Origin: a virus
IMG/VR virus record: IMGVR_UViG_3300042863_001519
Span: 1-64,000 of that record
Strand: one strand, 5' to 3'
DNA length: 64,000 bases
In this document: piece after piece, positions 29,523 through 38,694 of the stretch
Layout: each line of letters starts with the position of its first letter
How positions within the stretch are numbered: position 1 is the stretch's first letter
Made by a program: the position numbers and the translations under genes
The notes under the pieces: generated by a model
The model's database searches: none
What the model saw: the letters and a program-made list of their open reading frames with translations, nothing else
What the model was told of the DNA's origin: nothing

Positions 29523-30271
29523 TCTGTTTCTTCTATTTCTTTGTTCTTTATCCTATACCAGTTAATTACATGTTCTTCACCATTGTTGGCTGTGATAATG
29601 CCATTACACCATTTAAAGCAGTCATCGTATTTCCATGCCCTGTTCTGATAGCTTGCTGCTACAGGGTGCTCTATTTTCTTTACATAGTGCAGCAACGGTG
29701 ATACATACTTCTCCAGCTTATGGGCTTGGGCACCACATAGTACTATTGGTAAACCACTAAAGTATTTATTCAGTATTTCTTCAAAGAGAAACTTCATAAA
29801 AGGATGCCATGCTTCTGCATGTGAACCTGGTTTATCCCTTTCACACGTTAGTGAGCTATTAAGCAACAGTACACCTTCTTTAGTAAGCAGATAGCTATTA
29901 TCTGCTCTCTTATCAAAGTCGGGATTGAATCCAAAGAATGAATCCTCAATACCTTGATAAAAGATTTCCAAACTAGGTTGCAATGTACCTGTATTAGCAC
30001 ATGACATAGGAACACCATTAGCTATAACAATGTTATCCTTTGTGATACTTGGGTAAGGATCCATTAACACTACCACAGCCTTTACTTTATCTCTCTGACA
30101 CAACTCAAACGATTTAAACACATCATCTGAAGTAGGAACAATAACTCTTCTTATACTCTTCTGATGTTGCAAAAAAGAAAAGATCTTGTCAAACTCCGGT
30201 GTTGTGATAAATGGTTCAAACATTGGTAACCACGACCCAAATCTTTCTTTAATTTTATCCGTTATTTGCAT
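29441..30271 (-). CDS. Uracil-DNA glycosylase family protein (variant motifs)
   Basis: VKAVVVLMDPYP (canonical GQDPYH), EGVLLLNSSLT, PGSH, EHPVAAS. Confidence 0.88.
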   Translation of the reverse strand: MQITDKIKERFGSWLPMFEPFITTPEFDKIFSFLQHQKSIRRVIVPTSDDVFKSFELCQRDKVKAVVVLMDPYPSITKDNIVIANGVPMSCANTGTLQPSLEIFYQGIEDSFFGFNPDFDKRADNSYLLTKEGVLLLNSSLTCERDKPGSHAEAWHPFMKFLFEEILNKYFSGLPIVLCGAQAHKLEKYVSPLLHYVKKIEHPVAASYQNRAWKYDDCFKWCNGIITANNGEEHVINWYRIKNKEIEETECKKQKPIPGTKEPLKSSRSLGLPWDD

Positions 30272-30280
30272 CTTTTTTAT

Positions 30281-31027
30281 TTATACCAATTCTGCTATAC
30301 CATATTCTTCTGTAAAGAACTGGTGATTATTCATCTGCTGCTGTAACCATGTTGTAGGAGTAGCACTTTTAAGTGCATAGGTTGTGTGATTGTACAGCTC
30401 CCACAGGCTGTCCGGGTGACCATAGTCAAATGTAGGCTTTATTAGCTCACTCTTGATAATATTGAGCTGAGTGCTTGTGATGATACCTTCTTCAATATAC
30501 ATACGACCCAAGAGCTCGGCAGTAGTCTTTCTGGTCACTTCTATCTCTTGCATCCTCTTCTTCTCAATAACCATCTTCTCAAATGTCTCACCAGCATCTG
30601 ATATATACTCTGTAAGCAGCTTTGGTGTCATTGTTTGTATCTGGCCCATGTGCTTGCTTTTGAATGTACCCATATCACCACGTACCATACCGTTCTCACA
30701 GATGAATACATAGCCACCAATAGCAAACTTCAAACTCAGTTGCTTGTTATAGCTGTTCTGCCAGGCTATCATGATACTCATGTCCGGATCATTGCCATAG
30801 TCAAGATGATACTTACCATTTGCTTTGGCACCACCTGATGCAAATGTATACTCTTCACTTCTCAATTTAAAGTCACACCTTTCTAAACTCTCCAAAGTAA
30901 GGTCCATAAGTTGACCATGGCTTACTGGTTTGTAGTAAGATGTTTGTTGAGGAACTTCTAAACTTCTAAGAAACTCTCTTGTTGATTTTACTTCTGCTAT
31001 TGCATTTACTGCTATATTGTTTTCCAT
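30281..31027 (-). CDS. DUF932-like protein
   Basis: YKPVSH, NSYN..LSL.FAIG..VFICENG, SKH, SLWELYNHTT. Confidence 0.8.
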   Translation of the reverse strand: MENNIAVNAIAEVKSTREFLRSLEVPQQTSYYKPVSHGQLMDLTLESLERCDFKLRSEEYTFASGGAKANGKYHLDYGNDPDMSIMIAWQNSYNKQLSLKFAIGGYVFICENGMVRGDMGTFKSKHMGQIQTMTPKLLTEYISDAGETFEKMVIEKKRMQEIEVTRKTTAELLGRMYIEEGIITSTQLNIIKSELIKPTFDYGHPDSLWELYNHTTYALKSATPTTWLQQQMNNHQFFTEEYGIAELV

Positions 31028-31037
31028 TGTTTTTGTT

Positions 31038-31235
31038 TTAAAATGAGCTGATTACACAAATCATGCCGTTCCCATCGGCACCTAAATTTTCCATTGCCCA
31101 AGCAATTGCCTCTTCTCTTGTTTTGAATGTTGCTAGATTAGTCCACTCACCACTATCTATTCTACTCACATGTGGTATATCTACTGCAAAACACTCTTCA
31201 TCATTTTCTTCTATGTTATCTATTATCTCACCCAT
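31038..31235 (-). CDS. Acidic hypothetical protein
   Basis: Member of the ORF chain. Confidence 0.6.
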   Translation of the reverse strand: MGEIIDNIEENDEECFAVDIPHVSRIDSGEWTNLATFKTREEAIAWAMENLGADGNGMICVISSF

Positions 31236-31240
31236 TGTTT

Positions 31241-31501
31241 CTATTTTATGCTATTTATATAACCTTGTATTGCTTTCTCGTATATCATAGACTGTAATCT
31301 ATTCCAGTCTGTTTCTATTTCTGAGTTTTCTATATCTCCCTTGTAGTCTTCTACTAACAGCTGGTGAGCACTGTCTCCTTCTTCATACTCTCCTGTCATT
31401 AGTTTGAATACTTCAGCTTCTTTTTTTATCCACTCACATGAGCTGTAGTTAGGATAATAATATTCTACAAAATCCCAAACTTCGCTATTATTTGTTAACA
31501 T
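31241..31501 (-). CDS. Hypothetical protein, paralog of the C-terminal domain of 34354..34815
   Basis: Shared WDFVE.YYP.YSSC...IY..AI.GYI.S.K. Confidence 0.7.
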   Translation of the reverse strand: MLTNNSEVWDFVEYYYPNYSSCEWIKKEAEVFKLMTGEYEEGDSAHQLLVEDYKGDIENSEIETDWNRLQSMIYEKAIQGYINSIK

Positions 31502-31977
31502 TGGTAGCTGTTTATTGCGTTTATAATATCTGCTAGACTAATAGTTTCTGTGAAGAACTCTTCTCCAGTGTTCTTACCTAGTCCGGTCCAGTTTACATGA
31601 TTCTCTCCATAGAGCTTTATAGTATGTCCTTCTACTTCTTGTGTTGGTTTGTGAGTAATATGCTCATCATTATCTTCTATTTCTACGAATGCCCAACCTT
31701 GTTTTGGTAGCTGTTCTACTAATAACAGTTCTTCCCACTTATCTCCTACACCATCTGTATTAAGAAACTCCACTTTATGAGTAAGAACTTCTATAGACAA
31801 CATAGTAGAGTGTTCATTTTTTAACATACTAGCCCTGTTTCCTATTCTTCTCCAAGGATGCATATGATTATTACCTATATTGTCAATGTGAATCAAAGCA
31901 CAATCACAGCTGTCCCATTCGCTGTTTACATGGGCACGTACTAGTATATGCTCTGTTGGTTTTTGCGATATTTTCAT
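31495..31977 (-). CDS. Hypothetical protein
   Basis: SEWDSCDCALI motif; coupled ORF. Confidence 0.7.
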   Translation of the reverse strand: MKISQKPTEHILVRAHVNSEWDSCDCALIHIDNIGNNHMHPWRRIGNRASMLKNEHSTMLSIEVLTHKVEFLNTDGVGDKWEELLLVEQLPKQGWAFVEIEDNDEHITHKPTQEVEGHTIKLYGENHVNWTGLGKNTGEEFFTETISLADIINAINSYQC

Positions 31978-32207
31978 TACGCTTCTTTTAGTAGTTTAAC
32001 AATATCTTCATCACTCATATTCCACTCATCTTCTGTTAGGTAATAGTACATTAGGTCGTCTATAGCTTCTGCTCTTTCATCACATTGGGCTAAACCCATC
32101 ATAATCTCATCTTCTAGACCTTTTGTACTAACAAAAACCATACCTCTAGAATCATCTAAAAATATCTCTCTATACGGATACTTCTCCCTTTTATATGTTA
32201 GTTCCAT
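31977..32207 (-). CDS. Acidic hypothetical protein
   Basis: Coupled ORF. Confidence 0.65.
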   Translation of the reverse strand: MELTYKREKYPYREIFLDDSRGMVFVSTKGLEDEIMMGLAQCDERAEAIDDLMYYYLTEDEWNMSDEDIVKLLKEA

Positions 32208-32412
32208 TTTCTTCGTTTTTCCATCTTATATAATCTTCTTCTGCACATATGCCATTATGATCTTGACACTTACAGCACCACGTATCATCTTTGCTATCTT
32301 CTATATCATCAAGATTCCACTGTATAGAATCTTCATTCAACTTTACCCACTGTTTGAACTCTACATCTGGCGAACCACAGTGCTCACACACCCATATTAT
32401 CTTCGTGTACAT
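32191..32412 (-). CDS. Small zinc-ribbon protein
   Basis: CEHCGS...WCCKC. Confidence 0.65.
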   Translation of the reverse strand: MYTKIIWVCEHCGSPDVEFKQWVKLNEDSIQWNLDDIEDSKDDTWCCKCQDHNGICAEEDYIRWKNEENGTNI

Positions 32413-32629
32413 CTGTTATCTCTTTTACTATTCGGTGAATAAAAATACCACTATCCTGTAGCCAACCAAACTCTGTTAGAATAGCTTCCTCTATTGTAGC
32501 TGGTGGGTATGCATCAACCTCAGCATTAGTAGCTGCACATATCTGCATTATCTCTTCAGCTACTAGTATCTCTACTAAGAACTTCCTTGTTTTATGTGCT
32601 TCTTCTACTATTTCATCTACTGTTTTCAT
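32384..32629 (-). CDS. Hypothetical protein
   Basis: Member of the ORF chain. Confidence 0.6.
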   Translation of the reverse strand: MKTVDEIVEEAHKTRKFLVEILVAEEIMQICAATNAEVDAYPPATIEEAILTEFGWLQDSGIFIHRIVKEITDVHEDNMGV

Positions 32630-32793
32630 AGGTTATCTATTAGGCTGAGTATTCTACATTCTGTATTATCATCTATTGCTTGGTCAGCACATTCACTAAT
32701 TATACTATTAGCCCACTCTTTGAGTATAGTTTCTGTAGACTCCCAATCATTATATTCTACTAGCTCTTCTGTTATTTTTCTTATTGTTTTCAT
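32626..32793 (-). CDS. Small hypothetical protein (MKT family)
   Basis: Likely start MKTIRK; ILKEWANSI. Confidence 0.55.
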   Translation of the reverse strand: MKTIRKITEELVEYNDWESTETILKEWANSIISECADQAIDDNTECRILSLIDNL

Positions 32794-32803
32794 AATATAT
32801 ATT

Positions 32804-32950
32804 TTACCACTGATGTCCACTTATTTCTGCATTATCTTTAATTTCATCAGCCCACTCCTGTAACAGCTGTTCTATCTGTTTAGTACCCATATTTTTATCT
32901 ACAAATATGCCTTTTTCTATTTCTATAGCTATTTCTTTTGCTGTTTTCAT
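32804..32950 (-). CDS. Small hypothetical protein, 48 aa (not in ORF track)
   Basis: Translated by hand: MKTAKEIAIEIEKG...LLQEWADEI; similar to its neighbour. Confidence 0.55.
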   Translation of the reverse strand: MKTAKEIAIEIEKGIFVDKNMGTKQIEQLLQEWADEIKDNAEISGHQW

Positions 32951-32978
32951 ACTATTTGTTTTTGCTTAAAATGTTTGA

Positions 32979-33155
32979 CTATTCATGTTCTTGGTTTTCT
33001 TCTAAATAGAAATTAATAACCTGCTCTTTTGCATTTACATAAGAGCTAGCTTCAATTGCTTTATACCACATGCCTGATTGTTCTGCATTCTCAAGAGATA
33101 TAAGGTTTATAAACTTTCCCTTTTCTCTCTCATAGCCAACATAATATGTTTTCAT
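32979..33155 (-). CDS. Small hypothetical protein, 58 aa (not in ORF track)
   Basis: MKTYYVGYE...; ATGA overlap with the primase stop. Confidence 0.55.
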   Translation of the reverse strand: MKTYYVGYEREKGKFINLISLENAEQSGMWYKAIEASSYVNAKEQVINFYLEENQEHE

Positions 33156-34120
33156 ATTAAATCTTTTGATTTTAATGTTTCAAGTAATACTTCTTCACCA
33201 TGTAACCGATAAAGATCTGCAAAATCTTTAATAGGTAGATATGACCTTGGTACATTAATGTAATTGTACTTAAACTCTTCAGTTATTTTTATGCAATTCT
33301 TTACACCAGCATCATCACTATCATAATTAATCCACACTTCTTTGTCACGCAACTCTTCTACAAAACTTTCAGTAAAACATGCTCTAGTTTCATTCTGTAC
33401 ATTTATTACATTGTCAAGGTACTTACTGAGAACCAGTCTGTCCTTCTTTGACTTTGTAATAATTATCCTATCTGCACTTTGTATCACCTTTCTGTTTTCC
33501 ACAATTGTCAATGGAATATTACTCTTCCATCTTTCATCTTTAGGTCTATTTGGAAAATAGAGTTTATATCCTTCATCATACCGGTAAACATATGCAAGCT
33601 CATCTTTGAGAACAGGGCATCTATGTCTATTGATCCAAGCTTCTTTTAAAGGATATACATCATCTTCTTTTAACTGAGCAGAAGTAATACCAAACTGTTT
33701 CCAGTAGTTACCATCGGCCTGGTTAAACTTCCTTACAGTAACTTGGATAAAGGAATGTCTCTTTTGGTCTATAAAGGGTTTTACATACTGAGAGGTAATT
33801 CTTGCAGATTCATCTTTACCATCTTCTATACCAAAGTCTTTTGCAATCTTTATTAATGCAGCTTTGATATCAAGATTGTATAGCTGCTCTACAAGATTGA
33901 TACAATCACCTCTAAAAGTATCATCGGAATGATCTCGGTGTTGTATCTTACCATCTCGCATGTAAACAGAAAAAGAAGGATTGTTGTCTTTGTGAAAAGG
34001 ACTTTTTCTGGATTGACCTATAGTAAACTCACCAATGTAATATCTGTAAACATCATACTCGTTAATTTTACTAAACAGATAGTCTTTAGATATTGTTTCT
34101 TCCCTTTTTTCCAGTTTCAT
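33152..34120 (-). CDS. DNA primase (DnaG-like TOPRIM, crAss type)
   Basis: SPFHKDNNPSF, IITKSKKD, YDSDDAG, KDFAD; likely start MKLEK. Confidence 0.9.
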   Translation of the reverse strand: MKLEKREETISKDYLFSKINEYDVYRYYIGEFTIGQSRKSPFHKDNNPSFSVYMRDGKIQHRDHSDDTFRGDCINLVEQLYNLDIKAALIKIAKDFGIEDGKDESARITSQYVKPFIDQKRHSFIQVTVRKFNQADGNYWKQFGITSAQLKEDDVYPLKEAWINRHRCPVLKDELAYVYRYDEGYKLYFPNRPKDERWKSNIPLTIVENRKVIQSADRIIITKSKKDRLVLSKYLDNVINVQNETRACFTESFVEELRDKEVWINYDSDDAGVKNCIKITEEFKYNYINVPRSYLPIKDFADLYRLHGEEVLLETLKSKDLI

Positions 34121-34361
34121 CTTCGTTCTCTTTGTTGTCTTTTCTAAAATGAGCAATAAGATGAAGATATACTTCTTTCATTGCAAAAAACTCATGAGCC
34201 CAATGTCCTTTTATAATCTTTTCAATAGAACCATCTGGCTGTACTACTGAATCATACAGATCTTCATCTGTTTTATTTTTTGTTGTATCTTTCCAATCTA
34301 TTTCTGCAAGACAAGTTGCCAATCCATCAATGTCTATTATATCATATACCGTTTTATCCAT
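34086..34361 (-). CDS. Hypothetical protein
   Basis: Member of the ORF chain. Confidence 0.6.
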   Translation of the reverse strand: MDKTVYDIIDIDGLATCLAEIDWKDTTKNKTDEDLYDSVVQPDGSIEKIIKGHWAHEFFAMKEVYLHLIAHFRKDNKENEDETGKKGRNNI

Positions 34362-34815
34362 TCTTCTGTCTTTTGTCTTTTAGTGATTCAATGTATCCTT
34401 CTATTGCACTCTGGTAAATCTTTACCAGTAACTCATCTTGTACCATTGCTGCTTTCACATGACTCCCATTGAGTTTATATTTCCACATTAACTGTGCAGC
34501 TTCTCCCCAATTACAATCAGGCTCTGTCATAATTACATCAAGGTCATTTGCTTTTGCTATCTGATCACAGCTACTATAACCAGGATAATACTTCTCTACA
34601 AAATCCCATGGGATGGTCAATTTCTGATCTTCATCTTTCTTTGTTTTTATGTATTTAAGTAGTATCAACCAAAGACTATCTAGTTGAATAGCATCGTATG
34701 CTTCTTGTAACTCTTCACCTTCCCATAAAGACTCAGAGGCCCTGGAAATCTCCAGGACCATCTTATCAAAGTCTTTTTTAGGCATTTCTACCATTGCTTG
34801 CTTAATTGCTTTCAT
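34354..34815 (-). CDS. Hypothetical two-domain protein
   Basis: C-terminal half resembles 31241..31501. Confidence 0.7.
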   Translation of the reverse strand: MKAIKQAMVEMPKKDFDKMVLEISRASESLWEGEELQEAYDAIQLDSLWLILLKYIKTKKDEDQKLTIPWDFVEKYYPGYSSCDQIAKANDLDVIMTEPDCNWGEAAQLMWKYKLNGSHVKAAMVQDELLVKIYQSAIEGYIESLKDKRQKNG

Positions 34816-34816
34816 A

Positions 34817-35446
34817 TTATGCTTGTTGTATCTTCTGCATGTACTTTACCAAGAGCTGAGAGTGTTCCTTCTGAAACTCTATCATAACATCACGGTTGCT
34901 CTTTGTCATAGATGTTGGTATCTCTGGTAGTTCTATTCCATCAAGCATTTTTGCCATCTCAATCTTCTCCTGCATTACTTTGATAAAGTCAGCAGCACTC
35001 TGTGCTTTGATAGCAGGATTACCATCTGTAATTCTTCTTGTCCACTGTCTTTTTTGCTTATCTGCTACTGGTGTAGGCTCTACTACTGGTGCCGGTGTAC
35101 CTGGTTCTGTTGCAAATCCTGGCATTATTGCAGCTATTCCTGTTCCGGTTACTTCATGTACATTGTTCAGTTCCATTGTTGGTGTTGTTTCTACTGTTCT
35201 ATAAGCTAATTCTGCATATTGACCTAGTTGCTCAATAATAAAATCTCTTTGATCTTCTTCACAATCATCTTCATCAAGTAAGTACTCATTTACTTGTCTT
35301 ATATCTTGTACTTTGTTAAAAATATTCAAACAGTTGACAATTACATCTGGCTTAATGTCATTGATGTAAAATACTAATTCATTACTGTCTTGTGTATCAA
35401 CTACTGCAGGTATTGCACCATGTGTGCTTAATATGTAACGATTCAT
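34817..35446 (-). CDS. Hypothetical protein
   Basis: 209-aa ORF with a Pro/Thr-rich linker. Confidence 0.7.
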   Translation of the reverse strand: MNRYILSTHGAIPAVVDTQDSNELVFYINDIKPDVIVNCLNIFNKVQDIRQVNEYLLDEDDCEEDQRDFIIEQLGQYAELAYRTVETTPTMELNNVHEVTGTGIAAIMPGFATEPGTPAPVVEPTPVADKQKRQWTRRITDGNPAIKAQSAADFIKVMQEKIEMAKMLDGIELPEIPTSMTKSNRDVMIEFQKEHSQLLVKYMQKIQQA

Positions 35447-35456
35447 TGTTTTCTTT

Positions 35457-35491
35457 TTAAAAAGCAGGGGAATTATTATTAGTTCCCCTGC
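35457..35491 (-). terminator. Intrinsic terminator
   Basis: gcaggggaa/ttcccctgc stem followed by a U-run on the minus strand. Confidence 0.8.
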
Positions 35492-35505
35492 ATTGTTTCA
35501 AATAA

Positions 35506-36444
35506 TTACCAATCTATCTCAGTTGGTGCTACTTTAGGACTTTCTTCTCCATCTTCTTTAAAGGTATTGTCACCAGTAACTTGATGGATACTTGGGTCAA
35601 ACTTCTTCAAGAAGCAAAGCTCAAATGCACCTTTGCAACCATATTTACCAATAGCTTGTTCGTGCCATTTACTCACAGCTTTATCAGCATCCCAGTTTTT
35701 GGTAGACATTGCAAATGCAAACTTCTTAAACTTGTAACTAGAGATAAAATCACCGTACAGGTTCTGATACATTTTTGTATCACCATCTTTCTCTACTATA
35801 CCTACAAATGCAAGAGCTGCAAATGGAGAAGCAAGAGAATTACCATCACCTTTTAACTGACTACGGTATTCTTTTTCAATATAGTTATCCAGATTGCGAA
35901 ACAGTTTTCCTTTATCAAAAAGAATATTGGTCTTTTCTGAAAAGAAGTTTGCTTTTCCCAACCAAGCTTGGAGGAAGTTGTAGAAGTCAGCTTCACCTTG
36001 TATTGCCTCACGAACTTTCTTCTTACCAGTAAGAGGGTTACCATCTTTGTCTTCAGTAATAAGATTACCATTCTTGTCTTTAAACTCTGTAAACCACGAT
36101 GGGAGATTTTCCTCACTATCTACCCAAGTAGACATACCACTTTGGTTCACAAACTGTTTCTTACCAGATGCTTCAGAAACTACTTTCTTATCTACTATAC
36201 GGAAACGGTGATTAAACTTCTGCTTGTCGGCAGTCTGTGCTTCCATCCAGAAACTCAAAGTCAGAACTTCTTCTTGCTTATCGTTCTTGGTTTCATAAAC
36301 TTGCTCACTGGCATTATCTTTCAGCTTATAGTCTAAAATTTCAGCAAGCTCTTCTTTAGAAGGATTGATTGCTAATACTCGGTCCATCATTGCAAATCCT
36401 ACAAATAACGGACGTTCTTGGGCACTACTCTTTTCTAATTCCAT
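35506..36444 (-). CDS. Conserved crAss-like replication protein, putative single-stranded DNA-binding protein
   Basis: VLAINPSKEEL motif, acidic tail ending EIDW, downstream of the AAA_24 ATPase; function inferred. Confidence 0.55.
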   Translation of the reverse strand: MELEKSSAQERPLFVGFAMMDRVLAINPSKEELAEILDYKLKDNASEQVYETKNDKQEEVLTLSFWMEAQTADKQKFNHRFRIVDKKVVSEASGKKQFVNQSGMSTWVDSEENLPSWFTEFKDKNGNLITEDKDGNPLTGKKKVREAIQGEADFYNFLQAWLGKANFFSEKTNILFDKGKLFRNLDNYIEKEYRSQLKGDGNSLASPFAALAFVGIVEKDGDTKMYQNLYGDFISSYKFKKFAFAMSTKNWDADKAVSKWHEQAIGKYGCKGAFELCFLKKFDPSIHQVTGDNTFKEDGEESPKVAPTEIDW

Positions 36445-36480
36445 AATTTAATTTATTTTTATTTGTTTACTTAATTTTTA

Positions 36481-37194
36481 CTACAGTGAATAATACTCAG
36501 ACATACGATCAAAGATATACTTACCATCATTTGGTATTTCCAGATGATTGTTGCCGTTTTTATCCGGGAACATGCCTTCTGGTACCTTGGTAGATGTATC
36601 CATTTCAAAAGTCTTTAGGAAGTACTGTGGTTTACCATCCTTCATTCTTGTACCTGTGTACAATACAATAGTAAAGTGTTGCTCGATTTTGCCTTCGAAC
36701 TCTTTACCATGTACCGACATCATTCTCTTCTTACCCTCACCCTCTACTTTGAGCCATTCGTCATGAGAGAATACAATAACATCCTTCTCAATGTTTTTGA
36801 GAATCTCAATGTACTCATACACCTGACGATTGTAATTCTTGTAAATATCAAAGCCCTGAAAGTTCATTGCCATTTCCTTGTTCAGTGTATTGAAAGCCAT
36901 TGTCTGACTATCAATAATAATCTGTTTGATCTCAGGATTAGCTCCAAACTTCTCAAGGTTGTCTTTGAACGATGCCCATGTCTTTGGCATACCCATAAAT
37001 TTGAAAGGTCCACCATCTTTATAAGGAAGTGGTTTCCTCTCCATGTTAATGTAACCGGTTGTGTTCCGGTCTGCTGTTTTTGACAAGTAGGACTTACCTG
37101 CACCTGTCGGTCCTACAACAGCTAATTTGCCGTAGAACGAACGCTTTAATGAAGATGCTTGTTTCTGCTCTTCACCACTTTTTTGGTTTTCCAT
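36481..37194 (-). CDS. AAA_24 / Sak4-like ATPase
   Basis: GPTGAGKS, INMERKPLP, IIIDS, IEQHFTIVL. Confidence 0.88.
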   Translation of the reverse strand: MENQKSGEEQKQASSLKRSFYGKLAVVGPTGAGKSYLSKTADRNTTGYINMERKPLPYKDGGPFKFMGMPKTWASFKDNLEKFGANPEIKQIIIDSQTMAFNTLNKEMAMNFQGFDIYKNYNRQVYEYIEILKNIEKDVIVFSHDEWLKVEGEGKKRMMSVHGKEFEGKIEQHFTIVLYTGTRMKDGKPQYFLKTFEMDTSTKVPEGMFPDKNGNNHLEIPNDGKYIFDRMSEYYSL

Positions 37195-37202
37195 ATAATT
37201 GA

Positions 37203-37571
37203 TTAATTGATTACTGCTTTAAAGATTTCTTTTACTTTGGCATCTAGTAGTTCCTTGTTATCTGAAAGTACACCGTTAAGTATCTTGTTACCTTGACTTT
37301 GCCATCCAAATGAGTGTGAGAAGAAATCAGATAATTTTACTTGTTTGATTGTCTCTTGTATATGCTCATTTAATAGTTCTTTAAAGTTGGGTATCATATC
37401 CTGTACACCTTCTTTTACTAGATCTTTTGCCAGTTTTCCCATAAGCACTCTTCCTCTTTCACCAGACACTGATACATCTCCTACACAGTTCCTGACATGC
37501 TTTCTTATCTCATCTGTCACTATTTGCTTTATCTCTTCTTCTGAGAGATAGTCTTCTATTTTTATTTCCAT
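37203..37571 (-). CDS. Hypothetical protein
   Basis: 122-aa ORF in the operon. Confidence 0.65.
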   Translation of the reverse strand: MEIKIEDYLSEEEIKQIVTDEIRKHVRNCVGDVSVSGERGRVLMGKLAKDLVKEGVQDMIPNFKELLNEHIQETIKQVKLSDFFSHSFGWQSQGNKILNGVLSDNKELLDAKVKEIFKAVIN

Positions 37572-37584
37572 TTTTTATAGTTAA

Positions 37585-38694
37585 TTAATCAAGAAAATAT
37601 GCACCTGATGTTACTTGCTGGTATATCTCTTCCTTGATATCTTTCTTTCGAGGAAGGGTGCGAAAAATCCCATATTCCGGTTGTAGTGCCATAGGAAACT
37701 GTACACCATTTGTACCAAAGGAGTTTTTGAGAATGTGTAATGATCTGTAATAGGTTTTGAAAAATTCATCTCTAAAACCTTTCAGTACATAACCATTCTC
37801 TTTGTGTCCATCTAAGTCACCTACAATATGTCTGTATGGTTCGAACAATGCAAGAACAACATCAGCATCGTGTTGTGTTTGAGATGAATCAGCAAAGTCA
37901 CTGAGCTTTGGTGCTAAATCACCGAGTTTCAATCTTGATACATCGGCCAGGTTACGATTCAACTGTTGGATTACAACTGGTGAGAAACCATAGATGTCCC
38001 TTGCCTGTCTCATTACAGTACTGAACTTATCAATCTGTCCTTTAGACTTCTCAAGATCCTTCTCTGGTTTTAAAATACCAATGTGGTCAACAATAACCAG
38101 TACGATGTGATTAGGATGATTAGGAACATATGTACGATCAGCAAGGATATTTTCCATGCTTTTGTTACTCTTATCCTTGTCGATAATGGTACCGTGTTTC
38201 CTTGCAAATGCCTCTAGGTAAGCACTGATACCGGAAGGGTTCTTACTGCCCTCAAATGCTATCAGCAAGTCATCTGTTTCCCATTCATCTAGTATAGAAT
38301 AATTCATCTGTACCAAAGCATACTCCTGGTCATCCATCTTAAAGTTCTTCTGCCGACTCAATAGTTTTTTAGGTGGTATAGGAATACCCTGTTCTGTGAA
38401 TATCTTTCTAGCCAACCATCGTGCACTGTACTGGTACATCTTACGTTCCATACCAAACAGAATGATACTCAACTTGATATCAGGACTTTTGTTGTTCAGA
38501 TACCACTCTATAGGTCGTATCATGAACATATCTTGTGCCAAAGTGCTCTTGCCTGAGTTATGTACCAGTATTGGATCTTTTTGTGTTGCCAGATAGAAGT
38601 TGTTATTATCTTCTACCGATATGTCATATGTTGTTTCGTAAGGAATCTCCTCAAATGAAACAATATCCTGAAGATTTATAACAGATGCTTCCAT
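37585..38694 (-). CDS. dnaB: Replicative DnaB-like helicase, C-terminal half: split-intein C fragment (46 aa, 38694-38557) fused to the C-extein
   Basis: TYDISVEDNNNF...ILVHN|SGKST gives intein blocks F and G; then FGME, VIVDHIG Walker B, QQLNR, DADVVLAL, LKN. Confidence 0.92.
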   Translation of the reverse strand: MEASVINLQDIVSFEEIPYETTYDISVEDNNNFYLATQKDPILVHNSGKSTLAQDMFMIRPIEWYLNNKSPDIKLSIILFGMERKMYQYSARWLARKIFTEQGIPIPPKKLLSRQKNFKMDDQEYALVQMNYSILDEWETDDLLIAFEGSKNPSGISAYLEAFARKHGTIIDKDKSNKSMENILADRTYVPNHPNHIVLVIVDHIGILKPEKDLEKSKGQIDKFSTVMRQARDIYGFSPVVIQQLNRNLADVSRLKLGDLAPKLSDFADSSQTQHDADVVLALFEPYRHIVGDLDGHKENGYVLKGFRDEFFKTYYRSLHILKNSFGTNGVQFPMALQPEYGIFRTLPRKKDIKEEIYQQVTSGAYFLD

